A stretch of DNA of 64,000 nucleotides. Origin: an uncultured Actinomycetes bacterium. Its GTDB lineage: Bacteria > Actinomycetota > UBA4738 > JACQTL01. Location: assembly GCA_963707645.1 (NCBI GenBank), contig CAVPQW010000009.1, positions 371,771 through 435,770 on the forward strand, written 5' to 3'. A program made the position numbers and the translations under genes. The notes under the pieces are model-generated. The model worked only from the letters and a program-made list of their open reading frames with translations. It ran no database searches and had not been told where the DNA came from. Below, piece after piece: positions 11,645-23,788 of the stretch; position 1 is the stretch's first letter, and every line of letters begins with the position of its first letter.

Positions 11645-12560
11645 ATGCGAGCCTCGCGATTCCTTCCGGCGGTGATCGTGGTCGTCCTGGCCGCGTGTTC
11701 GGAGAGCGTGGCTCCATCGGACACGCACCCGCCGTCCTCCCCGCCCGAGACTTCAGCGGCGACCACCGGGCCGACGTCCGCCCCGACCACCGGGCCGACC
11801 ACCGGACCGACCACCGGACCGACGTCCGACGCTCCGGCCGACCACCGGGCCGACCACCGGACCGACCACCGGACCGACCACCGGACCGTCGCCCTCCGAG
11901 AGCCCGGGTCGTCCGCCCGCGATCCCCATTGCCGGCCTCCCGGAGCAGGGCGTCGCGGTCGAGCACGACGGGGGAGTGGACCTCAACAACTTCTTCGACG
12001 GCGGTCTGGTCGAGCGCCTGGACGGCTTCTCGATCTACAACCCCACGGCGCTGCCGTATCACCTCGTCCTGGAACACGACGGCACCTACTATCTGCTGGA
12101 GGAGTTCCAGCGGCGGCTCCGGCCGCTCGCCTCGCAGCGGGCGGCGGACCGCGCGACGGGCTCCGACCCGACCGGACTCGACCTTCCGCTTCCGACGCAC
12201 GACGGCGAGCCGATCGCCGGGCACTGGCGGTACGTCACGATCGACCCCCGCTACGCCGACCTCCAGATGGCCCAGTGGTCGGGCGAGTGTGAGGTTCCGA
12301 CGGCCTACTTCATCGAGCAGGACGAGGGCGAAGTCGTCCCGGTGACCGGCGAGGCCGCCCCCGAGGACACGCCCGAGTCGTTCGCCCTCGGGTGGACCAA
12401 GCGGAGTCAGGCCGTCGTGTTCCTGCCCGAAGGCGCGTGCGGTATCGGCGCGGAGCAACCGGGCGTGTACTTCTTCCGGAAGCCCGGACAGGGCCGTCTC
12501 CTGGTCGCGACGCCGAAGGGATCCTCGGCCCGCATGTGGGGAACCACGATCGCGGACTGA
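11645..12560 (+). pseudogene. Lipoprotein with an (ACCACCGGNCCG)n-encoded TTGP repeat linker, apparently frameshifted inside the repeat
   Basis: A signal peptide with lipobox VVVLAACS sits in frame 2. The protein-like C-terminal domain (MDLNNFFDGG...) is in frame 0. The switch falls within the 12-bp tandem repeat around 11830-11880. Confidence 0.5.
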
Positions 12561-12601
12561 CCGTCGGCCGGTCCGGACGAAACTGACTAGGATTCGCCCT
12601 C

Positions 12602-13867
12602 GTGCGGCGACTCCTGTACGTGTGCCTCGACGGCCTCGGCGACGACCCCGTCCCGGAGTTGGGGAACCAGACTCCCCTCGAGGCCGCGGAGACGCCGTTC
12701 CTGGATTCCCTTGCCAAACGCGGCCGCACCGGGAACGTGTACACGGTCGCCCCCGGCATCGCGCCGGAGTCCGACCCCGGCGTCTTCGGCATCCTGGGGT
12801 ACGACCCGCGGGAGGAGCACCCCGGCCGGGGCGTGCTCGAGGCCGTCGGCATCGGCATGGACTTCGACGAGGACGACCTGGCCTACCGCATCAACTTCGC
12901 CACGGCGGAGTGGCCGGAGATCGTCGACCGGCGGGTCGGCCGCGACCTTTCCTCCGAAGAGGCGCAAGCCCTCGCCGAGGAGGTCGAGCAGCAGCTCACG
13001 CTGCCGAACGCGTCGTTCCAGCTCCGGGCCACCGTCGAGCACCGCGGCGCGCTCGTGATCCGGTCGACCGAGGGCCCGCTGTCCGCAAACGTGTCGAACA
13101 CCGACCCGGCGTACGGTCGCGAGGGCCACCTGGGGGTGGCCCTCGCGACCTTCGAGCCGCGCGTGGTCACGGCCGAGCCGCTCGACGGCACGCCGGAGGC
13201 CCGGCGTGCCGCCGACCTCACCAACGCCTTCGTCGAGGGCGCGGCCCGGATCCTGGACCGTTCGGAGGTCAACGCGAAGCGCCGCGAGCGGGGGAAGCTC
13301 CCGGGGAACCTCATCCTCACCAGGGACGGCAGCGACCACCTGCCGCCCATCGAGCACATCAAGGAGCGGTTCGGCCCTTCCTGGGGGTGCTTCGTGGAGA
13401 TGCCGGTGGAGCGCGGCATCGCGATGCTCCTCGGGATGGAGGCGGTCGACGCGCCTCGCCTGGACAACTCCGACGCGTCGTTCGCGGCCTGGGCGGCGCT
13501 CGCGGCCGAGGCGCTGGAGGGGTTCGACGCGCTCTACGTGCACATCAAGGGCCCGGACATCCCCGCCCACGACGGCCGGGCGATCGACAAGCGCGACGTC
13601 ATCTCCGCGATCGACCGGGCGTTCTTCGGCGAGGTCCTCCAGCGGATCGACCTCAGGAACACCATGGTCGCCGTGACGGCGGACCATTCGACGTCCTGCG
13701 TCCGCAAGGCGCACACGGACGATCCGGTCCCGTTGGTGGTCGCCGGGGGCCCGGTCACCCCCGACGGGTCGCCCGGGTACGGCGAATCCGTGGCCGCGAA
13801 GGGGTCGCTCGGGACCATGCGGGGGCCCGAGATCGTGCCCATGCTGGTGGGGATGATGCGGGAATGA
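12602..13867 (+). CDS. apgM: Cofactor-independent phosphoglycerate mutase, archaeal type (ApgM family)
   Basis: The 421-aa ORF starts LLYVCLDGLGDDPVPELGNQTPLEAAETPFLDSLA and has a metalloenzyme and PhosphMutase domain architecture. It is co-located with gap, pgk and tpiA. Confidence 0.8.
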   Translation: MRRLLYVCLDGLGDDPVPELGNQTPLEAAETPFLDSLAKRGRTGNVYTVAPGIAPESDPGVFGILGYDPREEHPGRGVLEAVGIGMDFDEDDLAYRINFATAEWPEIVDRRVGRDLSSEEAQALAEEVEQQLTLPNASFQLRATVEHRGALVIRSTEGPLSANVSNTDPAYGREGHLGVALATFEPRVVTAEPLDGTPEARRAADLTNAFVEGAARILDRSEVNAKRRERGKLPGNLILTRDGSDHLPPIEHIKERFGPSWGCFVEMPVERGIAMLLGMEAVDAPRLDNSDASFAAWAALAAEALEGFDALYVHIKGPDIPAHDGRAIDKRDVISAIDRAFFGEVLQRIDLRNTMVAVTADHSTSCVRKAHTDDPVPLVVAGGPVTPDGSPGYGESVAAKGSLGTMRGPEIVPMLVGMMRE

Positions 13868-14042
13868 GGGCCGGCCTCATGGCGTCTGCACGCACACGGC
13901 CCGATGGGCGACAATCCCGGAGGCGCTCCCCCTGCGTATCACACTCTTGGCAGGCAGCATTCGGCGTGTTCGTGAATTTGTGGCGAACAGGAGTCGCCGA
14001 TACACTTCGCCCGGTCATGCCGGGTAGGGGGTTTCCGAACGC

Positions 14043-15017
14043 ATGAGCGTGACGTCCGACTCCACGTTGGCCGAAGGCGCGACTCTGGAGGTCGAGGGCG
14101 GTCAGGCCGTCATCGGCCGCAGCCCGTGGCAACTCTTCTGGCTGAGGTTCAAGCGCGACAAGGTGGCCTTCGTGGGCCTCGGGTTCATCGTCCTCCTGAT
14201 CCTGATCGCTGTCTTCGCCCCGGTCATCTCCGACATCCGGGGCATCGGCCCGAACGAGCTGTTCCCCGAGACCACGAACGCGATCGGCCTGCCGTCCGGC
14301 CCCGACAGCTTCCACTGGTTCGGCGCCGACACGGCGAGCCGGGACGTGTTCATCCGGACGGTCTACGGGGCCCGCACCTCCATGACCGTCGCCCTACTGG
14401 CCACCGGCATCTCGGTGACCATCGGCATCATCATGGGCCTCATCGCCGGCTTCTTCGGCGGGGCGACGGACACGGTCATCTCCCGGACGATCGACGTCGT
14501 CATGTCGCTGCCGATCCTGCTCCTCGGGATCGGGCTCGCGGCGGCCTGCGGCATCGGCGCCAGCGGATGCCTGTTCGGGATCATCCAGCCGGGGTTACCA
14601 CTCGTCGTCTTCATCATCTCGCTCGTCAACTGGACGTACATGGCCCGCATCGTCCGAGGGCAGACCCTGACCCTTCGCAACCGGGAGTTCATCGAGGCAG
14701 CCCGCTCCCTGGGGTCGGGCAACACGCGGATCATGTTCCGGGAGATCCTCCCGAACCTGGCGGCCCCGATCATCGTGTACTCCACGCTGATCATCCCGGC
14801 GAACATCCTGTTCGAGGCGGCGCTGTCGTTCCTGGGGGTCGGCATCCCCCAGACCACGCCGTCGTGGGGCCGGATGCTCTCGGACGCCCAGCCGGTGTTC
14901 ACCGCCGCGCCGTGGATGATGCTGTTCCCCGGCATCGCGCTGCTGTTGACCACCTTGGCCTTCAATCTCGTGGGTGACGGGCTGCGCGACGCCCTCGACC
15001 CACGTACCGGACGGTAG
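14043..15017 (+). CDS. ABC transporter permease (peptide/nickel family, OppC/DppC-like)
   Basis: It has six TM segments and the EAA-like motif region EAARSLGSGNTRIMFREILPN. Confidence 0.85.
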   Translation: MSVTSDSTLAEGATLEVEGGQAVIGRSPWQLFWLRFKRDKVAFVGLGFIVLLILIAVFAPVISDIRGIGPNELFPETTNAIGLPSGPDSFHWFGADTASRDVFIRTVYGARTSMTVALLATGISVTIGIIMGLIAGFFGGATDTVISRTIDVVMSLPILLLGIGLAAACGIGASGCLFGIIQPGLPLVVFIISLVNWTYMARIVRGQTLTLRNREFIEAARSLGSGNTRIMFREILPNLAAPIIVYSTLIIPANILFEAALSFLGVGIPQTTPSWGRMLSDAQPVFTAAPWMMLFPGIALLLTTLAFNLVGDGLRDALDPRTGR

Positions 15018-15107
15018 GAGAGGGGAACGAAAGGAGGGCCTGATCTCGGCTTCGAGACGAACCACCAAGCTTCACCTGAACGACTGTCTTCCCAGAAAGG
15101 GGGGAAT

Positions 15108-17069
15108 GTGACGAAGCGAAAGCTGATCGGTGCGATCGCCCTGACCGCCATCCTGTCGATGGTCGCCGCCGCGTGTGGCGACAACGGCGGCGGCACGACG
15201 GGTCCCACCGGGACCGCGCCGACCACCGCAACGGGGCCGACCACCAGTGGGGGCGCGACCACGGCGCCGACCACGGCTCCGACCACGGCGGGCGGCGACC
15301 AGTTCTCGGGCGGCACGTACCGGACCGCGATCGAGGACTTCGGGTTCACCGGGGCCTTCGACCCGACGGGTGAGTACCTGGGCTCGGCCTGGGGCCTCTA
15401 CAGCCAGCTGCTGCTCCGCACCCTGTTCACGTACAAGCACATCGAGGGTACGGACGGCGACACGCTGGTCCCGGACATCGCAGACGCCAACCCTGACGTC
15501 TCGGCCGACGGGCTCACCTACACGTTCCATCTGAAGAGCGGGGTCAAGTTCGGCCCGCCGCTCGACAGGGACGTGACCTCGCACGACATCGAGTACGCCT
15601 TCGAGCGCATCAACACCAAGCCCCTCGTGGCCCAGTACGGCTTCTACTACAACGGGGTCATCAAGGGCATGACCGGCGACAAGCCCAAGCCTGCGCCGGT
15701 CGAGGGCATCGAGACGCCCGACGACTCGACGATCATCTTCCACCTCGAGAAGCCGACCGGCGACCTCCTGTACCGCCTGGCCATGCCGGCCACCGCGGCC
15801 ATCCCGGAGGAAGTGGCGGGCTGCTTCAACAAGGCGGGGGACTACGGCCGGTACCTGATCTCCTCCGGTCCGTACATGATCGCGGGCGAGGACGCGCTCG
15901 ACGCCACGTCGTGCGACACCCTGAAGCCGATCGCCGGCTTCGACCCGACGAAGGAACTGACGCTCGTCCAGAACCCGAACTACGACGCTGCGACCGACTC
16001 GCCTGACGTTCGCTCGAACAACATCGCGGGTCTGCACGTGGTGATCGACACGAACACGGACGACATCTTCCAGAAGATCCAGACCGGCGAGCTCGACGGC
16101 TCGTGGGCATCGTCCCCGCCCCAGCCGGTGGAGCAGCAGTACCTGACGGACCCAGCTCTGAAGGGCCTGCTGCACGCCGACCCGGGTGACCGGACGTGGT
16201 ACGTCACGATGAACATGCTCACGCCGCCGTTCGACGACATCGCCGTTCGGAAGGCCGTGAACTACGCCATCGACAAGCAGGCGCTCCAGAAGGCATGGGG
16301 CGGGCCGCCGCACGGCGACATCGCCACGCACATCATGCCTCCGACGGTGCTCGACTTCGGCGGGGAAGAGTACGACCCCTACGCCACTCCGAACGAGGGC
16401 GGGTCCGCGGACCTCGCCAAGCAGGAGATGGCCAAGTCGAAGTACGACACCAACCAGGACGGCACGTGCGACGCGCCGGAGTGCAAGAACGTCGTCTTCC
16501 TCAACCGGACGACGCCTCCGCACGTCGACATGACGCCTTCCATCGTGGACAGCCTCTCGTCCATCGGCATCTCGCTGAAGGTCCGCGAGCTGGACACGGG
16601 CACCTGCTACACGACGATCCAGACGGTGAAGAACCTCGTCCCGCTCTCGGCCTGCCCGGGTTGGGGCAAGGACTACGCGGACCCGTCGACGTTCGCCGTG
16701 CTGTTCGACTCGAGCGGCATCAGCTGCGAGGGTCAGATCAACTACTCCGAGATGGGCATGGACGCCGCCAAGGCCAAGGAATGTGGCGTCGACGCCGAGT
16801 TCGCCAAGGTGAAGGACTCCGTTCCGAACGCCGACGCGGACATCGCCAAGTGCAACGCTCTGAGTGGTGACGACCGGACCTCGTGCTGGGTCCAGTTCGA
16901 CAAGGATCTGATGACCAAGTACATCCCGTGGGTCCCGTACCTGTGGGCCAACGCGTTCACGGTCGTCACTCCTTCGGTCACGACGTACCAGTTCGACCAG
17001 TTCGCTGGGACGATCTCGTTCTGTCACATCGTGGTCGACAACGAGTTCCACGACCCAACCGCGCTGTAA
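15108..17069 (+). CDS. ABC transporter substrate-binding lipoprotein (family 5, peptide/nickel-type)
   Basis: It has a lipobox, AAACGDN, and is 653 aa, which fits an SBP_bac_5-like protein. It sits within the ABC operon. Confidence 0.8.
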   Translation: MTKRKLIGAIALTAILSMVAAACGDNGGGTTGPTGTAPTTATGPTTSGGATTAPTTAPTTAGGDQFSGGTYRTAIEDFGFTGAFDPTGEYLGSAWGLYSQLLLRTLFTYKHIEGTDGDTLVPDIADANPDVSADGLTYTFHLKSGVKFGPPLDRDVTSHDIEYAFERINTKPLVAQYGFYYNGVIKGMTGDKPKPAPVEGIETPDDSTIIFHLEKPTGDLLYRLAMPATAAIPEEVAGCFNKAGDYGRYLISSGPYMIAGEDALDATSCDTLKPIAGFDPTKELTLVQNPNYDAATDSPDVRSNNIAGLHVVIDTNTDDIFQKIQTGELDGSWASSPPQPVEQQYLTDPALKGLLHADPGDRTWYVTMNMLTPPFDDIAVRKAVNYAIDKQALQKAWGGPPHGDIATHIMPPTVLDFGGEEYDPYATPNEGGSADLAKQEMAKSKYDTNQDGTCDAPECKNVVFLNRTTPPHVDMTPSIVDSLSSIGISLKVRELDTGTCYTTIQTVKNLVPLSACPGWGKDYADPSTFAVLFDSSGISCEGQINYSEMGMDAAKAKECGVDAEFAKVKDSVPNADADIAKCNALSGDDRTSCWVQFDKDLMTKYIPWVPYLWANAFTVVTPSVTTYQFDQFAGTISFCHIVVDNEFHDPTAL

Positions 17070-17218
17070 GCGGTCGGGACGGGAACCTGCCACATGGGAA
17101 GGGGGGACCGCCGGCGGAGCCGGCGGTCCCCCCGGACCACATGAAGGTGCAACGAAGGTCGTGCCGAATGGACGGCACGAGGCGAGGGTAGGAACCTCGA
17201 CGAGACAGGAGGAAGCGA

Positions 17219-18187
17219 ATGGGCCGCTACATCATCCGAAGGTTGCTGTGGGTGGTCTTCGTCCTCCTGGTGATCAGCTTCATCACGTACTTCATCTTCT
17301 TCAAGCTTCCGCCGGGCGACCCGGCGATTCGCTTCGCCGGCAAGCAGCCCACGCCGGCGCTGGTCGCGGAGGTCAAGAAGCAGTTCGGCCTGGACAAGCC
17401 GTTCATCGTCCAGTACGGGCTCTTCGTCAAGCGGGTGTTCCTCGGCGACGAGTTCGGATGGCCGGGGCTCGGGAAGTCGTTCAACACGCGCTCTCCCCTG
17501 AAGCCCATCATCCTGCAGCGACTCGCCGTGACCGCGCAGCTGGCCTTCGGCGCTGCGCTCGTGTGGATCTCCATCGGGATCCCCATCGGGATCCTCTCCG
17601 CCCTCAAGCCGAGATCGGCGGGCGACCGGTTCGCCATGGGGTTCGCCCTCTTCGGCGTGTCGGCGCCGGTGTTCTGGCTGGGGCAGATGTTCCTCTACAT
17701 CTTCTGGTTCAAGCTCGGCTGGGCGGCCGGATCGGGGTTCTATCCCATATCCCAATACGGCTTCATCACCTGGGCGAACCACATGATCATGCCCTGGGTG
17801 GTGCTGGCGTTACTTTTCGCCGCCTTCTACGCCCGGATGTCCCGGGGCAACCTCATCGAGACGATGTCCGAGGACTACATCCGCACGGCGCGGGCCAAGG
17901 GCCTGTCCGAGAAGCGGGTGGTCGTCCGGCACGGGCTCCGTTCGAGCCTGACGCCGCTCGTCACGATGATCGGGATGGACCTCGGTGCGCTCCTGGGCGG
18001 CGCGATCATCACGGAGACGGTGTTCAACCTGCCGGGAATCGGGTCCTACGTGGTCCAATCGGTCCGCAGCAACGACTTCAACGCGATCCTCGACGTCACC
18101 ATCGTGGCGGCCCTGGCGGTCACGCTCATGAACCTGCTGGTCGACATCGTCTATGCCTATATGGACCCAAGGGTGAGGTACACTTGA
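17219..18187 (+). CDS. ABC transporter permease (OppB/DppB-like)
   Basis: The N-terminus reads MGRYIIRRLLWVVFVLLVISFITYFIF and a BPD_transp_1 domain is present. Confidence 0.85.
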   Translation: MGRYIIRRLLWVVFVLLVISFITYFIFFKLPPGDPAIRFAGKQPTPALVAEVKKQFGLDKPFIVQYGLFVKRVFLGDEFGWPGLGKSFNTRSPLKPIILQRLAVTAQLAFGAALVWISIGIPIGILSALKPRSAGDRFAMGFALFGVSAPVFWLGQMFLYIFWFKLGWAAGSGFYPISQYGFITWANHMIMPWVVLALLFAAFYARMSRGNLIETMSEDYIRTARAKGLSEKRVVVRHGLRSSLTPLVTMIGMDLGALLGGAIITETVFNLPGIGSYVVQSVRSNDFNAILDVTIVAALAVTLMNLLVDIVYAYMDPRVRYT

Positions 18188-18247
18188 GTCGCGGACGCCC
18201 TTCTGGGGCGTCCGCTGGTTCATCTTCCAGCCCAGGGGGTCTCCGCC

Positions 18248-19257
18248 GTGCCTGAGCCGCTACTCGAGGTCAAGGATCTCAAGGTCCATTTCTCGACCGA
18301 GGACGGCATCGTCAAGGCCGTCGACGGCATCAGCTTCTCCATCTCTCCGGGTGAGACCATGGGGGTGGTGGGGGAGTCGGGCTCGGGCAAGAGCGTGTCG
18401 TTCCTCACGATCATGGGCCTCATCAGGTCCAAGGGCGCGATGGTCTCGGGGGAGGTCCTGTTCCGGGGACAGGACCTCCTCAAGCTCCCAAGCGACGAGC
18501 TCCGGCACGTCCGGGGCGCCAAGATCAGCATGATCTTCCAGGACCCCATGACCTCGATGCACCCGTTCTACAAGGTCGGGGCGCAGATCGGCGAAGCCAT
18601 CCAGGCCCACCAGGACGTCTCCAAGAAAGAGGCGTTCAATCAGTCGGTCGAGATGCTCCGCCGGGTCGGCATCCCGCGGCCGGAGGAGCGGGCCAAGCAG
18701 TACCCGCACGAATTCTCCGGCGGCATGCGGCAGCGGGCGATGATCGCGATGGCGCTGTCGCTGAACCCCGACCTGCTCATCGCCGACGAGCCCACGACGG
18801 CGCTCGACGTGACGGTCCAGGCGCAGATCCTCGACCTCATCGACCGGCTGAAGGAGGAGTTCGACGCCGCCGTGGTCATGATCACGCACGACCTGGGCGT
18901 GGTCGCCGAGCACTGCGACGACATCATGGTCATGTACGCGGGCAAGGCCGTCGAGTACGGCGAGGCCCGCGACATCTACTACAACTCCCACCACCCCTAC
19001 ACGTGGGGGCTGCTGCAGTCGATCACCCGGATCGACCAGGACCTCGGCGAGCGACTCCGGCCGATCAAGGGCCTGCCGCCGTCGCTGATCTTCGTCCCGT
19101 CGGGGTGCGCCTTCCATCCGCGCTGTCCCCACGTGATGGACGTGTGCAAGAAGGAGATCCCGCCGCTGCTCCCGTCGGCGGGGCACCACGCCACGGCGTG
19201 CCATCTGTCGCTGGCGGAGAAGGAGCGTATCTTCGACCAGGAGGTCGCAGCCAACCG

Positions 19258-19261
<4 letters not shown>
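18248..19261 (+). CDS. ABC transporter ATP-binding protein (OppD/DppD-like)
   Basis: It has a Walker A motif (GESGSGKS), the signature LSGGMRQR, and an oligopeptide C-terminal domain. Confidence 0.9.
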
Positions 19262-20316
<1,055 letters not shown>

Positions 20317-20408
20317 GCGGGTCGGAGCGGGCGTCGGCCGGTAGACTGATGCGGTTCGTTTCCAGCTGTTTCGATCGTGATCGTTCGTTCGTAAGGAGCT
20401 CGTAGGCC

Positions 20409-20639
20409 GTGTTGCACCTGATCGTGCTGATCGTCGACATCATCGCGGCGCTGTTCCTGATCGTGTTCATCCTGCTGCACTCGGGCAAGGGAGGCGGGCT
20501 GTCGGACATGTTCGGCGGCGGCGCCGGCCTGGCGGGGGGAACCGCGGTCGAGAAGCGGCTCGACAAGATCACCGTGGCCACGGCGATCATCTTCGGGGCC
20601 ACCACCTTCATCCTCGCCCTGTACACGAACAGCGGGTAG
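20409..20639 (+). CDS. secG: Preprotein translocase subunit SecG
   Basis: The 76-aa ORF has two TM helices and the conserved motif LLHSGKGGGLSDMFGGG. Confidence 0.9.
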   Translation: MLHLIVLIVDIIAALFLIVFILLHSGKGGGLSDMFGGGAGLAGGTAVEKRLDKITVATAIIFGATTFILALYTNSG

Positions 20640-20698
20640 CGCCGCGCCCGGCAGTCGCCCGGTCTCCAGAGACCCCGCCGGTATACTGGCGACCCTGC

Positions 20699-20787
<89 letters not shown>

Positions 20788-20788
20788 C

Positions 20789-21790
20789 TCTGAAACTGAT
20801 GGACGTCGGGTACAGACTCGGGCCTTCGGAGCGAAGGAGGACCGATGACCGACAGGGAGCTGGACCGGCGGGCCGCGCATCGTCTCGCGGTCATCCGCCA
20901 CGTCCAGGAGGTGACCCGCAACGTCAGCAAGACCTGCCGCTACTACGGGATCACGCGCCAGGCCTACTACAAGTGGCTGCGCCGCTACGAAGCGGGCGGT
21001 GTGGCAGCCCTCCGGGACGGCAGCTCCCGCCCGCGCACGAGCCCGAGGGCGACCAGCGCCGAGGTCGTGGGCAAGATCGTGTATCTGCGCACGACCTACC
21101 ACTTCGGCCCGCAGAAGATCGCCATGTACCTTGAGCGTTACCACGGGCTGAGGCTCAGCCCGTCGGGGATCTGGCGGATCCTGCATCGCCTCGACATGAG
21201 CCGGCTCCCGGCATCGCAGCGATACCGCCGTCAGAAGGATCGCTGGAAGCGGTACGAGAAGCCGCAGCCCGGCTCACGTGTGCAGATCGATGTGAAGTTC
21301 ATCGCACCGCTCCCCGGGTCGCGGCGCAGGTACTACCAGTACACCGCGATCGACGACTGCACCCGGATCCGTGTCCTGCGGGCATACGAGCGGTGCAACC
21401 AGGCGACGTCGATCCGATTCCTCGACGAGGTCCTCGCGCGCCTGCCGTTCCCGGTGGAGACCATCCAGACCGACAACGGCGCTGAGTTCCAGTCGGGCTT
21501 CCACTACCACCTGCTCGACCGGGGCATCGGACATGCGTACATCCGGCCAGCGACACCTCGTCTCAACGGCAAGGTCGAGCGCTCCCATCGGATCGACGCG
21601 GACGAGTTCTACAAGCTCCTCGAGGGCGTCGTCATCGACGGCTCGGGGCTGTTCGCCGAGCGTCTCCGCGCGTGGGAGGACTACTACAACTTCGACCGCC
21701 CACATGGGGGCCTGGGTGGCCAGACGCCCTATGAGAGACTGCGGCAGAAGACTGGGGCCCAGGTGTGACCGGCCATCGTCAGTTGCACAC
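20789..21790 (+). mobile_element. IS481-family insertion sequence with imperfect terminal inverted repeats and a 15-bp target-site duplication
   Basis: The left repeat is tctgaaactgatggacg and the right repeat is the reverse complement of ...cggccatcgtcagttgca. The flanking direct repeat cccctccgacaccac lies at 20774-20788 and 21791-21805. That repeat is the last 14 nt of tRNA-Leu plus one base. Confidence 0.8.
20845..21768 (+). CDS. IS481-family transposase (DDE integrase core)
   Basis: The 307-aa ORF has an HTH N-terminus and an rve core with QIDVKF...YQYTAIDDCTR...QTDNGAEF. Confidence 0.85.
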   Translation: MTDRELDRRAAHRLAVIRHVQEVTRNVSKTCRYYGITRQAYYKWLRRYEAGGVAALRDGSSRPRTSPRATSAEVVGKIVYLRTTYHFGPQKIAMYLERYHGLRLSPSGIWRILHRLDMSRLPASQRYRRQKDRWKRYEKPQPGSRVQIDVKFIAPLPGSRRRYYQYTAIDDCTRIRVLRAYERCNQATSIRFLDEVLARLPFPVETIQTDNGAEFQSGFHYHLLDRGIGHAYIRPATPRLNGKVERSHRIDADEFYKLLEGVVIDGSGLFAERLRAWEDYYNFDRPHGGLGGQTPYERLRQKTGAQV

Positions 21791-21964
21791 CCCCTCCGAC
21801 ACCACCGCTGACCAGCGCAACGCTCGAAGAACACGATCTCACCCGAAAGGCCGATCGAGGCTCCCGCCTACGCCCTGGTAGGCTGACGGCGGCGATCCGA
21901 CCACCCGCGAGGCGTATCGTCTCTCCTCGGTGACGTCACGAAAGCTGCGCGGTTCGCCGCGACA

Positions 21965-22972
21965 GTGGAGGGCACGCAGATGAGTCAACCTGGGCACACC
22001 GAGGCTGCTCCCGACCCGCCTCCGAGTACTCGGCGGGCGATCCACATCGTCGCCGCCGTACTTGTGGGCGTTGTCCTCCCCGTCGCCCTGGTGGACACAC
22101 TGGTCGGGCACTTCGCGGCCGACGCGTTGTTCCTTGCGCTGTTTCTCGGCGTCCTTGGCAGCATGATCGGCGGCACACGCCGGATGGTGTACCTCGCCGT
22201 GCCGTTCGCGGTCGCTGGTGGTCTTGGAGCGTTCACCGCGTACGACTGGTGGTGGGTTGGCCTCCTGACGCTGTTGGGGGTCGTTGCCGGCGCTGGGATC
22301 CGGTGGGGGTGGCTGCCTTCACTCCTGATGCTTCCGTTCATCGCCACGTTTGTCAGCCCGGTCTCGTCGGGACGACACGCAGTGGCCTACGGCATCTATG
22401 CCGGGATCGGCCTGCTCTACGGCGTCGTGCTGGCCCGCCGCTTCAAGGCCCCTGCAGCAGTCGAGGGTCAACGGCTGTCAGTTCCAGCTGCGGTGGCGGT
22501 GGCGGCGGTGATGGGCATTGCGCTGTGCGGCACCGCGGCGATCGGTGTGGCATTGGGATGGACCGAGCCGTACTGGGTGCCAGAGCCGATCCTCATCCTG
22601 ACCCTGTACATCCTGATGGGGAAGCGAGAACGCATCCGGGAGAAGGCCCTCGCCACCACGGTCGGCGTCGTTGTCGCAGTGCCGGTAGCGATCGTGGCTC
22701 CGCCGACGTGGGCGATCTCCGTCATCGCCACCGCAGCCTTCGTCTTGGCACTCACGCAGTACAAGAAGAGCTATTGGCGCTACTACAGCCTGTTCACGTT
22801 TGCTCTCGTCCTCGCGCTCTCGCCACCTGGACACGTTGGCGCCGAGGCGGCACACCGTGGCTCGGAGATCCTCATCGGCATCGGCGTTCTCGTCGTCGGT
22901 CTCGGTGTCCTTCACGCACTTGGCCGGTGGTTGGCCAAACGTGAACCGGTGCCGGTACTCGCTGAATCCTGA
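21965..22972 (+). CDS. Multi-pass membrane protein, possibly FUSC-like aromatic-acid exporter
   Basis: The 335-aa ORF has about 8-10 hydrophobic helices. It has no soluble domains, so the family assignment is tentative. Confidence 0.45.
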   Translation: MEGTQMSQPGHTEAAPDPPPSTRRAIHIVAAVLVGVVLPVALVDTLVGHFAADALFLALFLGVLGSMIGGTRRMVYLAVPFAVAGGLGAFTAYDWWWVGLLTLLGVVAGAGIRWGWLPSLLMLPFIATFVSPVSSGRHAVAYGIYAGIGLLYGVVLARRFKAPAAVEGQRLSVPAAVAVAAVMGIALCGTAAIGVALGWTEPYWVPEPILILTLYILMGKRERIREKALATTVGVVVAVPVAIVAPPTWAISVIATAAFVLALTQYKKSYWRYYSLFTFALVLALSPPGHVGAEAAHRGSEILIGIGVLVVGLGVLHALGRWLAKREPVPVLAES

Positions 22973-22998
22973 ATCGGCTCGAAGTCAGGAGGCACACC

Positions 22999-23544
22999 AT
23001 GGCGACGAGCTCGGCGGAGCCCATCGAGGACCTGTCGCCGCGTGAACGTCGGCGCGTCGTGGTCTGGGCGGTGGTGCGCACCATCACCGCAGTTGCCCTG
23101 GTCGTCGCCATCTACTTTCTGACCCCGCTCGGTCACAGGACGAATGCCGGAAGAGTGGTCGAGCTCGGAGCCGGATTGCTTGCCTTGGTCGCCGTCATCG
23201 CGTGGCAGCTCCGCCAGATCATCAGGTCTGCACACCCGAGCGTCCGTGCCGTCGAGGCACTCGCGTTCTCCGTCCCGCTCTACATCCTGCTCTTTGCGAC
23301 GGCGTACTTCCTCATGGCGCATGCGAACGCAGCGGCATTCGGCGGACGCATGACCCGGACTGACTCGATGTACTTCTCAACCACGATCTTCACGACGGTC
23401 GGATTCGGTGACATCACAGCAAAGAGTCAGGCCGCCCGGGTGGTCGTCACACTCCAGATGTTCCTCGATCTCGTCATCCTGGGGCTCGTAGCCCGCCTGG
23501 TCGTGAACGCCGTGAGGATCGGCAAGCAACGCCGCGTCGAATAG
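22999..23544 (+). CDS. Two-TM potassium channel (Ion_trans_2 pore domain)
   Basis: The selectivity filter is TTVGFGDI (TVGYGD-type) between two TM helices. A K+ channel-like pore helix is present. Confidence 0.8.
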   Translation: MATSSAEPIEDLSPRERRRVVVWAVVRTITAVALVVAIYFLTPLGHRTNAGRVVELGAGLLALVAVIAWQLRQIIRSAHPSVRAVEALAFSVPLYILLFATAYFLMAHANAAAFGGRMTRTDSMYFSTTIFTTVGFGDITAKSQAARVVVTLQMFLDLVILGLVARLVVNAVRIGKQRRVE

Positions 23545-23788
23545 ACCGCGCCGAACGGTGCGACCCCGCGCCGGCCCGTTGCCCGATGAGCATCCAAGCC
23601 CGACCGGGTTCGGCGTCGGGGGTGTGGCCGAGCGCCGATCCCTGGCGGAACGGTCTGTCACTATTACGGCGGCGCCGCGCCCCAGGTGAAGGGTGCTGCG
23701 TTAGACCAAGGCGCAGGCGAGATGGCGGAGGCCTGGGAGCGACGAGCCTCTCGATCACGTCATACGACCCTTTGGGATAGGGTTTGCT

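Noticed and set aside
20789-20830. Similarity between the IS481 left inverted repeat (ctgaaactgatggacg) and the sequence following the partial tRNA copies (ctgacctgcggaaacg)
   Set aside because: The match is weak, about 9 of 16 positions. The downstream homology is better explained by the native tRNA flank (gctgaccagcgcaacgc), which all three att-like sites share.
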